Assembly (NCBI RefSeq): GCF_964204645.1
Contig: NC_134028.1
Span: 3,844,001 to 3,908,000 of the forward strand
Source of the DNA: Tubulanus polymorphus
Taxonomy: Eukaryota; Animalia; Nemertea
DNA: 64,000 bases
Direction of reading: 5' to 3'
Below, one piece after another: positions 29,709-42,162 of this stretch. Both the position numbers and the translations under genes were made by a program. How positions within the stretch are numbered: the stretch's first letter is position 1; every line of letters starts with the position of its first letter. The notes below the pieces were generated by a model. It did not search any database. It was not told where the DNA came from and saw nothing but the letters and a program-made list of their open reading frames with translations.

Positions 29709-32700
29709 ACGACACCATAACCGGTCAGTCCCATTGATAAAACGTATACATGTTTCTATGAAAGCGGGTAGTTTGAAGTGCAAGAACAAAGAACTGGTAG
29801 TCACCTTCCACCGGCAGATAATGATGCCATCGACGACGGTTTCATGTTCTATCGGCGTTTGATGCATATTAAACATACGTATCTTCGCAAGCGATCGTGA
29901 CCGGCAAGGATTTGCATTTCTCGATACGGGCTCTTCGCGCAACTGATTTTACATTACTACTCAAAATCTACTGGCAATAAGTTCCTACTCGGTACGATGT
30001 CTACGAAATTATACCTAAACCACATTAAAATCAATCCTGTACCTCTTTCTACCATTCATATCACCAAATGAACCTCGGATTATTTTTATTTCTGAGTGAC
30101 CAACACATTTTTAGAAACAAAAGTGACAATTGTATTATACATTTAATATACCTCCCCTTGCGATAGGAAGAGAAAATCGATGCCCTCATCATCTTCTTTT
30201 TATCGCATACTCATCCTTATGAAATGGAAATCGATGCATTCATCAGCTGTGTTTGTTTTATCGCCTTAATCGAGATCCGGCTCAAATACAAATAATAATC
30301 GCGAAAAACATTAATATAACGTTACTGGCCATAAGACACAACACCTGGACAAGCCGTCATAATCCTTACATTACACACTACCTTGATGACCGGTTGACTA
30401 TAAGTTTGAAAAGTTCTTTCCGTCGTCAGAAATAGCGATACCTCAATCGAACGTTGGGAAGAAGAGTATTTCAGACGCTTTCTTTAACCGCGGGATATTT
30501 TCGCTGCGTTTCTAAAACACGGACGGCTAAATGAATGTCACATCGGAAGGTGAAACTGCAGGCTGTTATATACAAAACGGATGCACATTAGCGGACTCTC
30601 CTTTTCATGCTTGTAAATTACGAGCGCTGGTAAAGTTCACTGATAATTTCCTTTCGCTGAATGAATAGGAATTACGCTCCTAGTTGTCATTTGATTCGCG
30701 AAATTCCGCACTTCCGTCTTCTACAAGAAGTTTCAAAGTTAGATATTTGACATCATTGATACACTCACTAGGTTCGTTCACTACACCTCATAATATAACG
30801 AGGCATCTTTTTTTCATTTTTCCCCATGACGTCCCTTATTCGATCGCCAAACTATAAATCATTTCGATTTAAACAAATAAATACAGCTGTATCTTCATCC
30901 TCATTTTTTTCGTATTCATTTCATCATTTTCGATCTATCTATGTTCGGTACAAGCCTCGGGGAATTCAATTGGACGTTACTCGTCTCTACCCCGATGTTT
31001 AAGTTGAAGAAGAAAATTAATCAAACTCCCCGCGGTGAAAGTTGTCAATGTATCGAGAAGGAAATTAAAACGAAACTGAATTTCGCTGGCAATTACGGAA
31101 CCCCGTGTCGACACGACATCGTAACAGCTGAAGAAATGTGAAATTCTCCTCAAATCAGTTTTACTTGGAAACAAAAACATCGACAGTACCAAACTGTGAG
31201 CAAAATCTGATTCTGTACGCATTAGTTATGGATATTTTCATCTGAAAATATCAGAAAAGTGAAATATCGAATGTAGAAGTTCTGTATATTGCACGCGCGC
31301 TTTGAATACATTTTGAATGAATTTGAATTGTCATTGACAAGAATACGACAGGCGAGTGCAACTCATCACAGTCGCTGTAGACAAATTGTTTTTAATAATT
31401 CATAGCGAAGATACTATGTTTAAGCACATGATAGCACATTTCAGTCGACGATCTGCGCTTTTAATAGCATTTAGAAGAATCAGTAACAAAATTAGTATCA
31501 TATCTCTACTTTGTGCCTAGGTGTTTTTAAGGTCACGCATTTAAAGAATCGCCATCAGCAAAATCTCGTCTTACAATTCAGAAGTAAAAGGAGTTTAGCA
31601 GATTTTGATATCAGAGGGATGAACGCTAGTCCACACCACGCTGCAGTGTTGTTATTCTATTCCCGTAAGATGTTTATACTTGACCCAAGATATTTCTAGC
31701 CAGAATATGATATGATATTAACACCTATATGCAACAATATTGTGATCCCTGAAGTATCAAGCTTGCGTACGTAGAAATAACATTTTGCGTGCAAAGGACC
31801 AGTTTTTGCGCGAACATCAGTCGTAGGCCTTGTCAATTATATTGTTTCCTTATGTTTATTTCATGAAGATGGTGATCAGACGTATAGAAGGTATTCTCTA
31901 TACCGGAATCACAGATGGCTACTTCTCGTCTTTTTTTGTTTTCTTATTCTCAGTTCTGGCAAATCATTCACATTTCGCATAAGTCACAAAACACAATGAT
32001 ACGTATATTCGTGCTACTGTATACCCGTCGTGTCGGCTACGAGTACTGCACCGACGAAGGCATCCGATATTCATAGAAATTCAATAAAAGAAACAATTTC
32101 CAAAATATCTCTGATCTATGATCAAACAGTTTTGTCCCATGTGGAACTTGGTGTCGCTAAAATCTGTGTAAAGTTGAATCAATCATCTATTTATCTATTT
32201 ATTTCCTGGATAATTTACATCAATGAATACCAGATATACAAACTGACAATAGATAATTAAAAAAGAATTGTATTATTGGATGACATAAGATCTTAAGCAG
32301 CCGATATATTGTAAAGTATTCATGAATTTCTCGTTTGTGAAAGTTTGAACTATGGATAAGAAAGAAGAGATTCAAAACGTTGTCGATACCTTATTGGCAT
32401 CATTAAAGTCTTGTCACGATATTTACACTTCATGGCGTTTGCCAATACGTGATTATTCCGTTAGGAAGAACAATCACCATTAAAAAGCGTCTACACGTTT
32501 GAAAACCTATCTCCACCACTAAAGTCGCCACCGTCTTAAAACCCCGAATTCAAAACCGCATAACACGGCACGCGTTTATACCATTAGAAAACCGACGTTG
32601 AAAGGATAAAGATGATATGGCTTCGCTATGTTTAAAATGGTCTCAAACTTCAAAAACATGTCCCTGACATTTTGAAAACAGTCTTAGTGTTTGGTACTTA

Positions 32701-35700
32701 GAATCATAGTTTCTAGGGTTACCTGTCTTAAATACACAGTCTGATAACCTCATTAACGTTGGATACTCAACTTTAAAAAGTTAACTACATCTGTTTAATT
32801 TAAACTATTGGATTTTAAAAAAATCATGCAGATAGTGGAATAAATGTATCGCATGACGCCCTCGGACACACAAGCCTATACCATGAATCTATAAACATGT
32901 ACGTCCATGTGCTTACGTAGAATTCACATGCACGATGTTAGAGACAATCCCTCATTAGAGACAGTTAGAAAACAACCGAGGAGGCAAAATGAGGCGAAAT
33001 GATTGCCCGATTGGTGCGCAATACATTTTTCGACATTGTACTAAAAGCGAATGTGAGATAAACCGCCGACAGAAATGAGAATAAATTCTTCTTACTTTAT
33101 TTGCGGTAGGTTTTGCCGGAAAGAATTCAAAAAACACATACGTTGAAAAGTACGTTTTTACTTTACCTATTTCGGCGCGTTTCCAAATTCTGCGAAGATT
33201 TCGCTGTGATATCGATTTCAGTAAACGTCGACGAACTTCGCGCGACTTTTTGGCAGTAATTATAAATCCGGACGTGACGACTGTTTGATATTAGCGATGG
33301 AAGTTGCGAGCATTTCTGACGATACAGGTAAAAAAGAGCATCGCACAACACGTATCATCGGCGACATCAAGCGCAATTGTGAATACACCGCGTGGTAATC
33401 TTCATCGGAATGTCTCTGTCATCGCTTCACTGGCGCCTGCAAACGCTCGGGAAATTGCCAAAACCGAGATAAAACCTGGTAAGTTACACCGGGGACCAGT
33501 TGGTTCGTATGAATACGCTCATCGCTATGTAAGTATGAAATATACCGCCACCGCTAGCTGCACCCGTCCTCATAAGCATCTTCTAGAATCATAGTTCAAA
33601 TGTCCTCTTATAAATCAAAGCGTTATCATTTGATAATCTTTTTAGCTGTATCGAGATTATTAGCATATATTTATAACAATGATGATGCTTACACGATGCT
33701 TAAATCCAGCAAGGCTGCTCAGAGCATTTTACAAACTGTGCTCCATCAATTGGTATTATAGCCCCCCAGCCTATATCTCTTATAATGTATATCAGTCATC
33801 TCTCCCCGGGGAGATGTGACATCCGAGCAACTGTCGCTGACAGCTCGAGTCATCTTTCAGGCCAGGTATTTTCAAATCTTTTCTTTCAGCCCCGTGTGTT
33901 AATTTTTCTAAATGCTTTTGTACGTCTATATTTCCAGACAGTCTAATCCTGACGGGTTGGACTTATTGAAATTATACGAAAAACGCCATGGGATACAAAG
34001 CGTTCGTATCAACCGCTTTGACACTAGCTGAAAAATCTACAGTTTATACATCCATACTTAGAGGAATTGCGTACCGGTACTTGTATCGTTAAATTCACTT
34101 GAAAACACATGCAAATGCCGCCAGTGATGTCAAACTGCACCTGAATCTACCGATCGGCAGTAGCTCGTCTGGAATCGCTGGACCGGAAGTAGAATTACGA
34201 TATGAATCATTGCAGCTACCGTACATGGGGATTGAGGGAAAATACGTACTTTTCTTCAAAAGGGGTTTCTATAAAAGATATTTGAACCTAAAACTTTTAC
34301 CTTGAAGCCTATTTAATGAAATTGATATCCACGCGTCAGTGAAAACGTCGCGTCGTGTAGATAGATATTTTTTCAAGCTGGATGAGGGTTTGTCAAGATG
34401 CACGTACGGATCAATGAAATGAGTAACAACATCGTACGAGAGGGAAGGGTGTTAAAAACGACTAGATTGGCCGTACACTATTTCAACGCTTCCACGTAAG
34501 ACGAATGTTCGAGTAGCATATATCATTTAGTTCCTTTCTTTCACTGCTTATCGGGTGCTTGTGACAATAGCCTTGAAAGCTTTCACTGAGAAACTGCTTA
34601 TTTTCGCTATGCGTATAAGAGTGTGTTTGTTGTGAAATGGTTAATTTCATTTGTATATAAAAAGTTTTCTTTTCTTTTTACATCTCTTTGTATATTTTGT
34701 TTGAAAAGGGGGATATCTATCTACCCGAAAAAGAATATATGTTTTACATTTAAAGTTCGGACAATAAACGAAGATCCTTTTATCGGCTCACTGGTTCCAT
34801 TCGTTTTAATTCTGTTTATGTTAAGGTCTTAAATTTTGTTTACAGTTTATAAATGATGTCATTTAAAATCTAAAAGAAATCGTTAAGTCATTCGTGAAAT
34901 TATTTGGTGGTTCGACTATATTACATTGTGGTCACTGCGAAAACTCTTGTTTGTGACGAGAATATTACGTATGCAATCGGGCTCACATTATAGAAACCGC
35001 AAACAACTCCACAGCCTTTGATTATGACCAATGTATTAACGACCACGAACCACTACTGAAGATTGTTAACAACGGTAATAAAGCGAGCATTTTCTCGGTC
35101 ACGATCTGTCCAGAGAGATGATGTGAATTATTTTCTAGTGGCAGGTGTGCGTCAGTCTTCTACCGAACTCAAACCGGCAATCGTAATCTTTCTTTATTAG
35201 GAACCGCGACGTATCGCACGGCTTGTTTTATAGCTCGACTCTCAACGCAGTCAACAACGACAATCACTACGCCATACGTCTTTATGGCTGGCAACGAGTT
35301 GACGATTAGCACATAAACTGCCTATCACTTTCCTTGATGAGAGTGCTATTACCGGCTGCAGGTGCGCTAAAATGCATCATCAGAATTCCGATCTGTCCCG
35401 GCTGTCAATCAGTCCAGACTCCCCCGGAGGAAGCTTGTCACTACCGGACAACGGTTTATGACTACAAATGTCACCCGACCGACCTGTGTGACAAAAACGA
35501 ACGTCGCGATAACTCTGTACGAACCCGCCGACAATACGTTATATATACGTCTATCGTAAATCTTCATTCAGAATGTCTTCGCGTGTGTCACTTATAATTC
35601 AACACGAAAGACGAATATGGCTCAAAGAAAATTCAGAATGCACTATTGAGGAAATCTATACTACTGAATATAATTAGAGTTTCCTTCGTTCTGTAGGAAC

Positions 35701-36299
35701 TACGTGTTATTGTTATTCTTACTGTTGAATTTCTTAAGTTGAAGGTATATCACTTATTCATCTCCGTACATTTCATTTTGCTTTACAAGAACTATTACAG
35801 TTTCAATTGTTTGATCTTGCTCGTGGTATTTTGTACTTTCCTGTTCTATCTAAACACTGGAACTGGTGGGTGTGTTATACGTAAGCTTAACCTAGATTTC
35901 TCTTTGATGGTTCGGAGACGTTTTCAATCGCATTGAAGTCCTTAACAAGTTTTGATTTATATGAGGTTTGTCCCCCGGGGCGGTCACAGAATATGGCATT
36001 CTATTTTTAGGAAATATCAACAACGATGTCCAAAAAGGCTAAATTAATATAGATATGCACCATTCTCCAAATTTCATGCCCGGCGGCCGTCATTAAAAAA
36101 ATTAGTACTGGGTAGCACTATAGACCTAATCATCTGATTAGATCGACGCCAAAACGTGCATCGGGTAGGATTTCTATATTCTAGATATCCGTTTGATAAT
36201 TCATTCAAATTGAAGTCTGTAATTTGTTAACTTAAGTGCAAGACTTGGCGGCAACCAAACGTCTGGAAAGTGACTCCAGTCCGTTCAATCTAATCAAGA

Positions 36300-39200
36300 A
36301 TGTCGAAGTGTGGCTGTTCGAGGTGTTTATCCTGCTGTCTCGGCTGCAGGAAGGCCAAAGCTACACCAGACGAAAACAAAAACACCGTCGTAAGTATTTT
36401 ACTCGATGTCAATTAAAACGAAAGTCTAGTAGTAGAATTTTGAGAGTGAGTATAACCGAGCCCTTGTAACTTGGAGCGTTTCGTACCTACGAGCAATTAC
36501 TGTTCGTAGTTGATACCATCACGTTTTACATTTAAGATAGGTATATGATAAATCACTTCACTTTATCAAACGGACACGGTTGACTTGATATATGTAGATT
36601 ATTTCAAAGACATTTTGAAGCAACGAAAAGATATCTGATTCTGGATAGTGTTTCGTATTAAAAAGGGTACTTAATTCATATTTGTTTTAATGTGCATTAT
36701 TTTCAGTGCGATGTCATTTGGTTATTCATCCTTTCAATTTGCCATTGTTTTTCCGTGTTCGGCTTCATTTTCTGGGTCATTTTCGGCAACGAATTCTTCA
36801 AATTCGACAGGTAATTTGTTGTATATTCCATCTTCGTGTACCCGATTTCTCAACTCAGATTTACACATACATTGTTTTGACTACCAAAATCATTTCAAAA
36901 GACTAGTCATGCAAAGCCTACTTGCTACCCGAATTGACTAATAATCATTATTCTTTTTTTCATTTTGTCTCACCCACTGTTTGTAATAATAGCCCTCGTC
37001 ATTTTCCATTCAAATCACGATTATTGTATTCGTAACACTAACTTGCTGTCAATCAGTTAGACTATACCCACAGTACTAATTTGAATGAAGTTCGTCTGTA
37101 AGATATAACAATGGCCAACCAGTTCCGAGTTAAATTCAACTTGCAATCATAAAACTGGGTCAAAAGTATTATTTCTGACAAATCCTTCATAAAGTTTTTC
37201 TTCTTCTGAATATTCGTAGTAAAGCCTATGATTACATCGGAATATGGATTCATTGGTACAATGCGACGTTAGGGGTCACTACATTAATCATGGTCTATCT
37301 TGCGATATTATACGTACGTATGTGAAAGAAACAAAAGAAAATCCCTCATTTCTATTATTAGTTTTAAGAAAATGTCGATAAACTAGCCTTTAAAAAATTC
37401 CAGAATCACATGAGTCCGAAGACCTTGAATAGATATATGGGACTTTTAAAAATCAAGATCCGTTAATTGAATGAAATTTTCCAGATTGTGTCGATATTAC
37501 ATCTGAGTATGGGAATGCGAGTTTATCTTCACTATGTTCACCGAGTTGTTCTGCTAATACTCACTGCCTTCCTCATCGCCGTGCTGGGCGTGGTGTCCTG
37601 GAAATGGAATAGCAACAACTGGATTTTATTCAAGTTTTCTCTAAACGTATGTGAAGACGAAAGTTTAATTAAGTCCGTTGGGTCAGAACTCTACAGTATT
37701 ATACTGTTGAATTATGACCCAACGGACTAAAAATGTCTTCATGATATTTCCTTCTTATACTATAAGAAGGAAATATCATGACGATCAAGATTTATATGCG
37801 TATTCCTTTTTCATATAAGGTCATCGGACCCTTGCTACCCGTTGCGATAGTGTGTTATATGACACTGATGACAGGACCTATAGCCGGTTACTGGTTCACC
37901 ATTAAAAATATCGGTAATGTCAACACCTCGTTCGTGTATAATAAGCACGTCACTCTAAACCACCTAACAAATTCTTGGTTTGATTTTTAGTCGGAAGAAT
38001 CATCGTATTGGTCGTATTTTCGATCGTGATGGTATTTTTATATCTATGTCCACTGATGATTAATTCGCCATGTGTAGCCGATGAACTGCCCGCAAAGCCT
38101 GGCCTCGTGGCTCACAGAGGTGATAATTCGGTGAGACAAACTAATAACTCTCTCCGTATTAGGCTGGTTTTCACGAGTGGTATCTGCCGCCGGATGCCGC
38201 TTGTGAAAAAGCTGAAGAACTGGCCTCGAGCTATTGTAAAATTTCTCAGTGAAGGAAAATGCTGGAAGATATTTCTTGTAGCTGGAAAGTATTACAGGAA
38301 AAAAAACTAGCTTGATACTACCCGTGAAAACCAGCCGTTATAGATGAGTCCTGATTAGCCAGATTTAGATAAAGTTCAGTTCTTTTATTCGTTCATCTGA
38401 AATATAGGTGGCACCAGAGAACACGATATCGGCTTTCAGATCAGCTTCCGAACGTAATGCCGTTTGCCTCGAAAGTGACGTCAGAATCAGGTATCGCAAC
38501 GTTGTCCCTCGTTACTCGTATAAGTTATCCTTGTACGTGAACCAAATCGCGAATAAATATCGCTCTTACATTTTCTAGTTTGGATGGTATCGCTTTCATG
38601 ATGCACGACGACACACTAAAGAGAACGACTGACGTAGCTACCGTGTATCCCGGACGAGAAAACGAACATTGCTCAAACTTCACCATCACCGAGATCCAGC
38701 AACTTAAAGCTGGCGATAAATTCATACAGGTACCCACCACCAGTCTCTTGTTCTATGATCTTATTTTTTTGCTTTTTCTATAACGTTTTGTACGTATTTA
38801 CAGCAAACAGTCCAGTTTAATTATCAAAGGCGGGCTAAGGTCACTCGCAACTGCTTGCGGCGCGATGCGATCGGTTGCAACTGGTCGCAAATGGGCACTT
38901 GCAATACAATCGGCACCGATGGGGTGTGTGCGTGCAAAATGTGCGACTCACTGACGCAATGAGTCACAAACGCGCGTAGGCGCGTAGTCGCAGCCCGACC
39001 TACGCCCAGTTTTATGATGTCTCCCGTTACAATGAATATAATGAGCTAGATATTAAAGTGAAATGGAATTGCGAAGAAATGATGACAAGCAAAACAGTGA
39101 ACGCTTTTAAAAAGCATACAATAAATGTTTAGTTTCCTGCTTATCAATGGATAGATCATTAACATTTGTATTATTCCTAATAAACCATGTAATCGTACCT

Positions 39201-40338
39201 CACAGGATGACCCATTTGACGTCATCTCATCCTTACCTGAAGACATGCTTAGTGAATTCCGACGGCAGAGGGTGTTGCTTCTGTCCGACTATTTGACGTA
39301 CGCTAAAAATAATCGCGTAGCTGTCATGTGGGATCAGAAAAGCATCATGAAGGGTCACCCTCACGAGCAAGAACGGGATAAGATAGCCGCCCAAGCGATT
39401 TTACAATCAGGGATTCCACCAAAACTGGTAATATTATATAAGTAATCGATATGTTGATGTTTCGTTCCAAAAAAATGAAAATTTATGAATTGATTGAAAG
39501 AGAAACAATCAATATATTCCATTAGGTATGGTGGCTCGTGAAGAATGATGGCGCAAACAACCTGGAACAGTATGGGGTGAAAGGATATACCAAGGTGGCT
39601 GCCGGAGCAAAATCGGTGGCCTGGATGAAATCTAAAGGTTATGACATGTTGAACGTGGGATATTATCAAGTGACTGTGCCAGAAATAAGGTAATATTTCC
39701 TCCCATCGTGAATCAGTTAACACGAAAATGAATCAATGTGACGGATGATCTGTGGCCACACGGAGATCGTATTAAATGTGTACCATAATCATATGTAAGC
39801 TAAGAAACCCTGATGTTATATTCTAACCACTAATTTAAGGAATCTGACGAAAAGTAAAATATGGGTGAATATCTGGACAATAAACAGCAAGTGGTTGTAT
39901 TCTATGTATTGGTGTGTTGGAGTTGGCAGTATCACTACTGACTACGTGACTGCCTTTTCTGAAATGACGAGTCCTGTCTTTCATCTGGTAAGGAGAGGTC
40001 GTGTTTATTACTGAATATAGCAAAAAAATGCGGATAACAATGATATTTAAATCAACTGTTATCAATGAAATTCATTAGTTCAGTTATATTTTGTCGTTTT
40101 TCAGACCAGGAAGGCATACCTCATTCTGTGGGTAGCCGTGGATATCGTTTCCCTATTATCGGTGATCTTCATATTCATAATCATATGTGTTTGTCGCAAG
40201 AGCAGGCGTCAACTCGACGACCCAGAAGAATCAATTCCTATGAAAAGTGAACCGTTGAGGGTAGACCGAATTGCCAAATACAAAGACAACGATGGTGAAG
40301 TGAACGAAGCCTTTCACGATTCAGAAGCTGAAAACTAA
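36300..40338 (+). CDS. Multi-pass membrane glycerophosphodiester phosphodiesterase, GDE2/GDPD5 (GDPD4/GDPD2) subfamily-like, ~561 aa, 12 exons
   Basis: Frame-consistent GT-AG exons: 36300-36389, 36707-36810, 37220-37313, 37485-37646, 37820-37913, 37991-38130, 38408-38490, 38579-38729, 39206-39427, 39526-39689, 39840-39987, 40105-40338. Cys-rich N-terminus and several N-terminal TMs. Motifs YLCPLMINSPC, catalytic AHRG..APENT..F, LESDVRISLDG.AFMMHDDTLKRTT, NIWTINSKWLYSMYWC.GV.SITTD, and a C-terminal TM. Confidence 0.93.
37739..37781. repeat. Perfect 21-bp-arm palindrome in GDPD intron 4
   Basis: tcatgatatttccttcttata-c-tataagaaggaaatatcatga. Confidence 0.9.
38162..38336. mobile_element. PIF/Harbinger-like MITE in GDPD intron 6
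   Basis: TIRs ggctggttttcacgagtggtatc / gatactacccgtgaaaaccagcc (21/23 match). Preceded by TTA and followed by gTTA. GGC termini with a TTA target are typical of PIF/Harbinger. Confidence 0.7.
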
Positions 40339-41662
40339 ATTCCAAATATCCGCGACGTTTGTTAATGATTTCAAAACGCTTGTATGATGAACGCTTTCCT
40401 TTGAAAATTTTCCAATCGAATGTTTTGGAATATATGTAAATATGATGAGAATTCCAATATTTTCTACAATCATCAATCACTACTATTCTACACTCATCAA
40501 TCGTCACTATTAACGTCCATGATATTTCAACACCTGCTCTGTCAGGGAAATATAATCTCCAACGGTATAAAGCAGTTATTTGTAGTAAACAATTAATCAT
40601 CGCCGATTCACATTTTATAGATTTATATTTTGCTTTCGTATGTAGTAGTCAACAAGATCAATTGGAAGGAAATACATATTTTCGAATCGTTGATACTTTG
40701 TTGATAGCCATAAAGTGATCAGAATGTCTCCTCATCATTGTATATACACGCGAATGATATCTGTGGAAATAGTGTTATTCTGTTCATGGTTTGAGTTGTG
40801 GTCCAAGATGGACCCCATAGACCTCTATTCCAAAATTCTATGTTTCCTTTCGTAAGAAATTCGAGAGTTTAGTTCATATAAAAGTGCGTAGATTCATGAG
40901 TTATCTTAATTATGGTTGTTAGGCCAGCATGTTCGATACGCGCTGAAATGGTTTACGTCCCAGATACCTAGCAAAAGACTTGAGATGATCTAACCTTTAG
41001 AAAGAACAGGTAGTATCCCTTGTTTTAAGCCAGCAGAGCCAAAGCTGAATATCGCAGGGAATCGCACCGTGTATGGATGGTGCTCGTACCCAGACAGAAT
41101 GAAACATCCAGAGAATCATCTATTTCGTAAACAATTTGTCTCACAGGGCCCACAGATTCCATACGTATATAAAACTATGGCCACTACAATGGGGGATCAA
41201 TCTTGTATAGTTTTTGGGGTCCAGTCCTACGCATCTGGAGGCATAATAACTTCTAGTATCGTGCCAAAAGGACAGGAGTGAAATGAGGTGAGTGACGCAT
41301 ATCGCGAGGAATGGAATATTTTGTCAGGAATTGCAGTGTGTATATAAACAGATGATGGATCACTTTTAAACTAATGATGGCTGTTTGAGTTTCAAACGCG
41401 TGTACCAATATTTAGGCAAATGTTATCCTCCAAAAGACAAACATTGATCAGATATTTGAGACGTCTCTGTCCAACAGTCGAATCATAATAAACGGCTGTT
41501 TTTCTGGTGTCATTGATATCTCCTAATACATCGACGTCTTCATTGCTGCTAGCTGCAACCAAGGGTAGGTCTCGTTTATATCTATAGGTATTGTGTTGTT
41601 GCCAATTCCATTTTGGGTTATCCTTGTCAGGTACTTATTCATACGTGTATTCGTTCCCAGAA

Positions 41663-42031
41663 ATGATGAAATTCGTGCTTATGCTGGTGATTGTTTTGGT
41701 GGCTCTCGAGCAAAGTCTAGCCGCAGATTCGGATTGCAGTGGAAAGTGTGCCCAATGCGCAAGAAAGGGGAATTTTAGATTCAAATGTTTCGATATGTCG
41801 ACTTGCGTTAGCGAATGTAACCCTTCAAATAGGGCATGGAGATGTGAAGATATGTCAGGATATCCTGCATGGGTAGAACGAAAAGCTCAGTGTACTACTA
41901 GATGTATGAATGGGTGTGGTACAGGTGCCTATGATACAACCGCGTGTATGCTGAATTGTGCCATTAAATCTGGATCACCGAGCAGCATGCCCTGCGGGGA
42001 TATCAAAGGTAAACCCAAGCCTAACTGTTAG
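41663..42031 (+). CDS. Secreted cysteine-rich protein A (122 aa; 20-aa signal peptide; 14 Cys in the mature 102 aa), family unrecognised
   Basis: Signal-like MMKFVLMLVIVLVALEQSLA|ADSD. Cys spacing C-3-C-2-C-9-C-5-C-3-C-8-C-15-C-3-C-3-C-9-C-3-C-11-C-10-C(term). Acceptor ttcccag just before the ATG suggests a 5'-UTR intron. AATAAA at 42090. The ORF and all 14 Cys are conserved in the paralogue at 47037. Confidence 0.88.
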   Translation: MMKFVLMLVIVLVALEQSLAADSDCSGKCAQCARKGNFRFKCFDMSTCVSECNPSNRAWRCEDMSGYPAWVERKAQCTTRCMNGCGTGAYDTTACMLNCAIKSGSPSSMPCGDIKGKPKPNC

Positions 42032-42162
42032 TAGATTTGAACGCGCATGAATGAATCATTTATTTTGCTTTTCATCTTTAATACGAGGAAATAAAGCCTT
42101 AAGACTACATTCAGCTAATTTTATTTCTCTTGTAATTTGTTTTGGGTGTTCGCTCTGAATTT

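Noticed and set aside
34099-34305. ORF containing LQLPYMG, resembling a serpin strand
   Set aside because: Only a 5-7 residue resemblance, with no other serpin exons or splice sites.
41591-41662. N-terminal extensions of the Cys-rich ORFs in the track (also 46866-47036, 53751-53807, 58257-58340)
   Set aside because: Non-ATG starts and/or sequence upstream of an apparent splice acceptor. For the secreted proteins the signal peptide begins at the downstream ATG.
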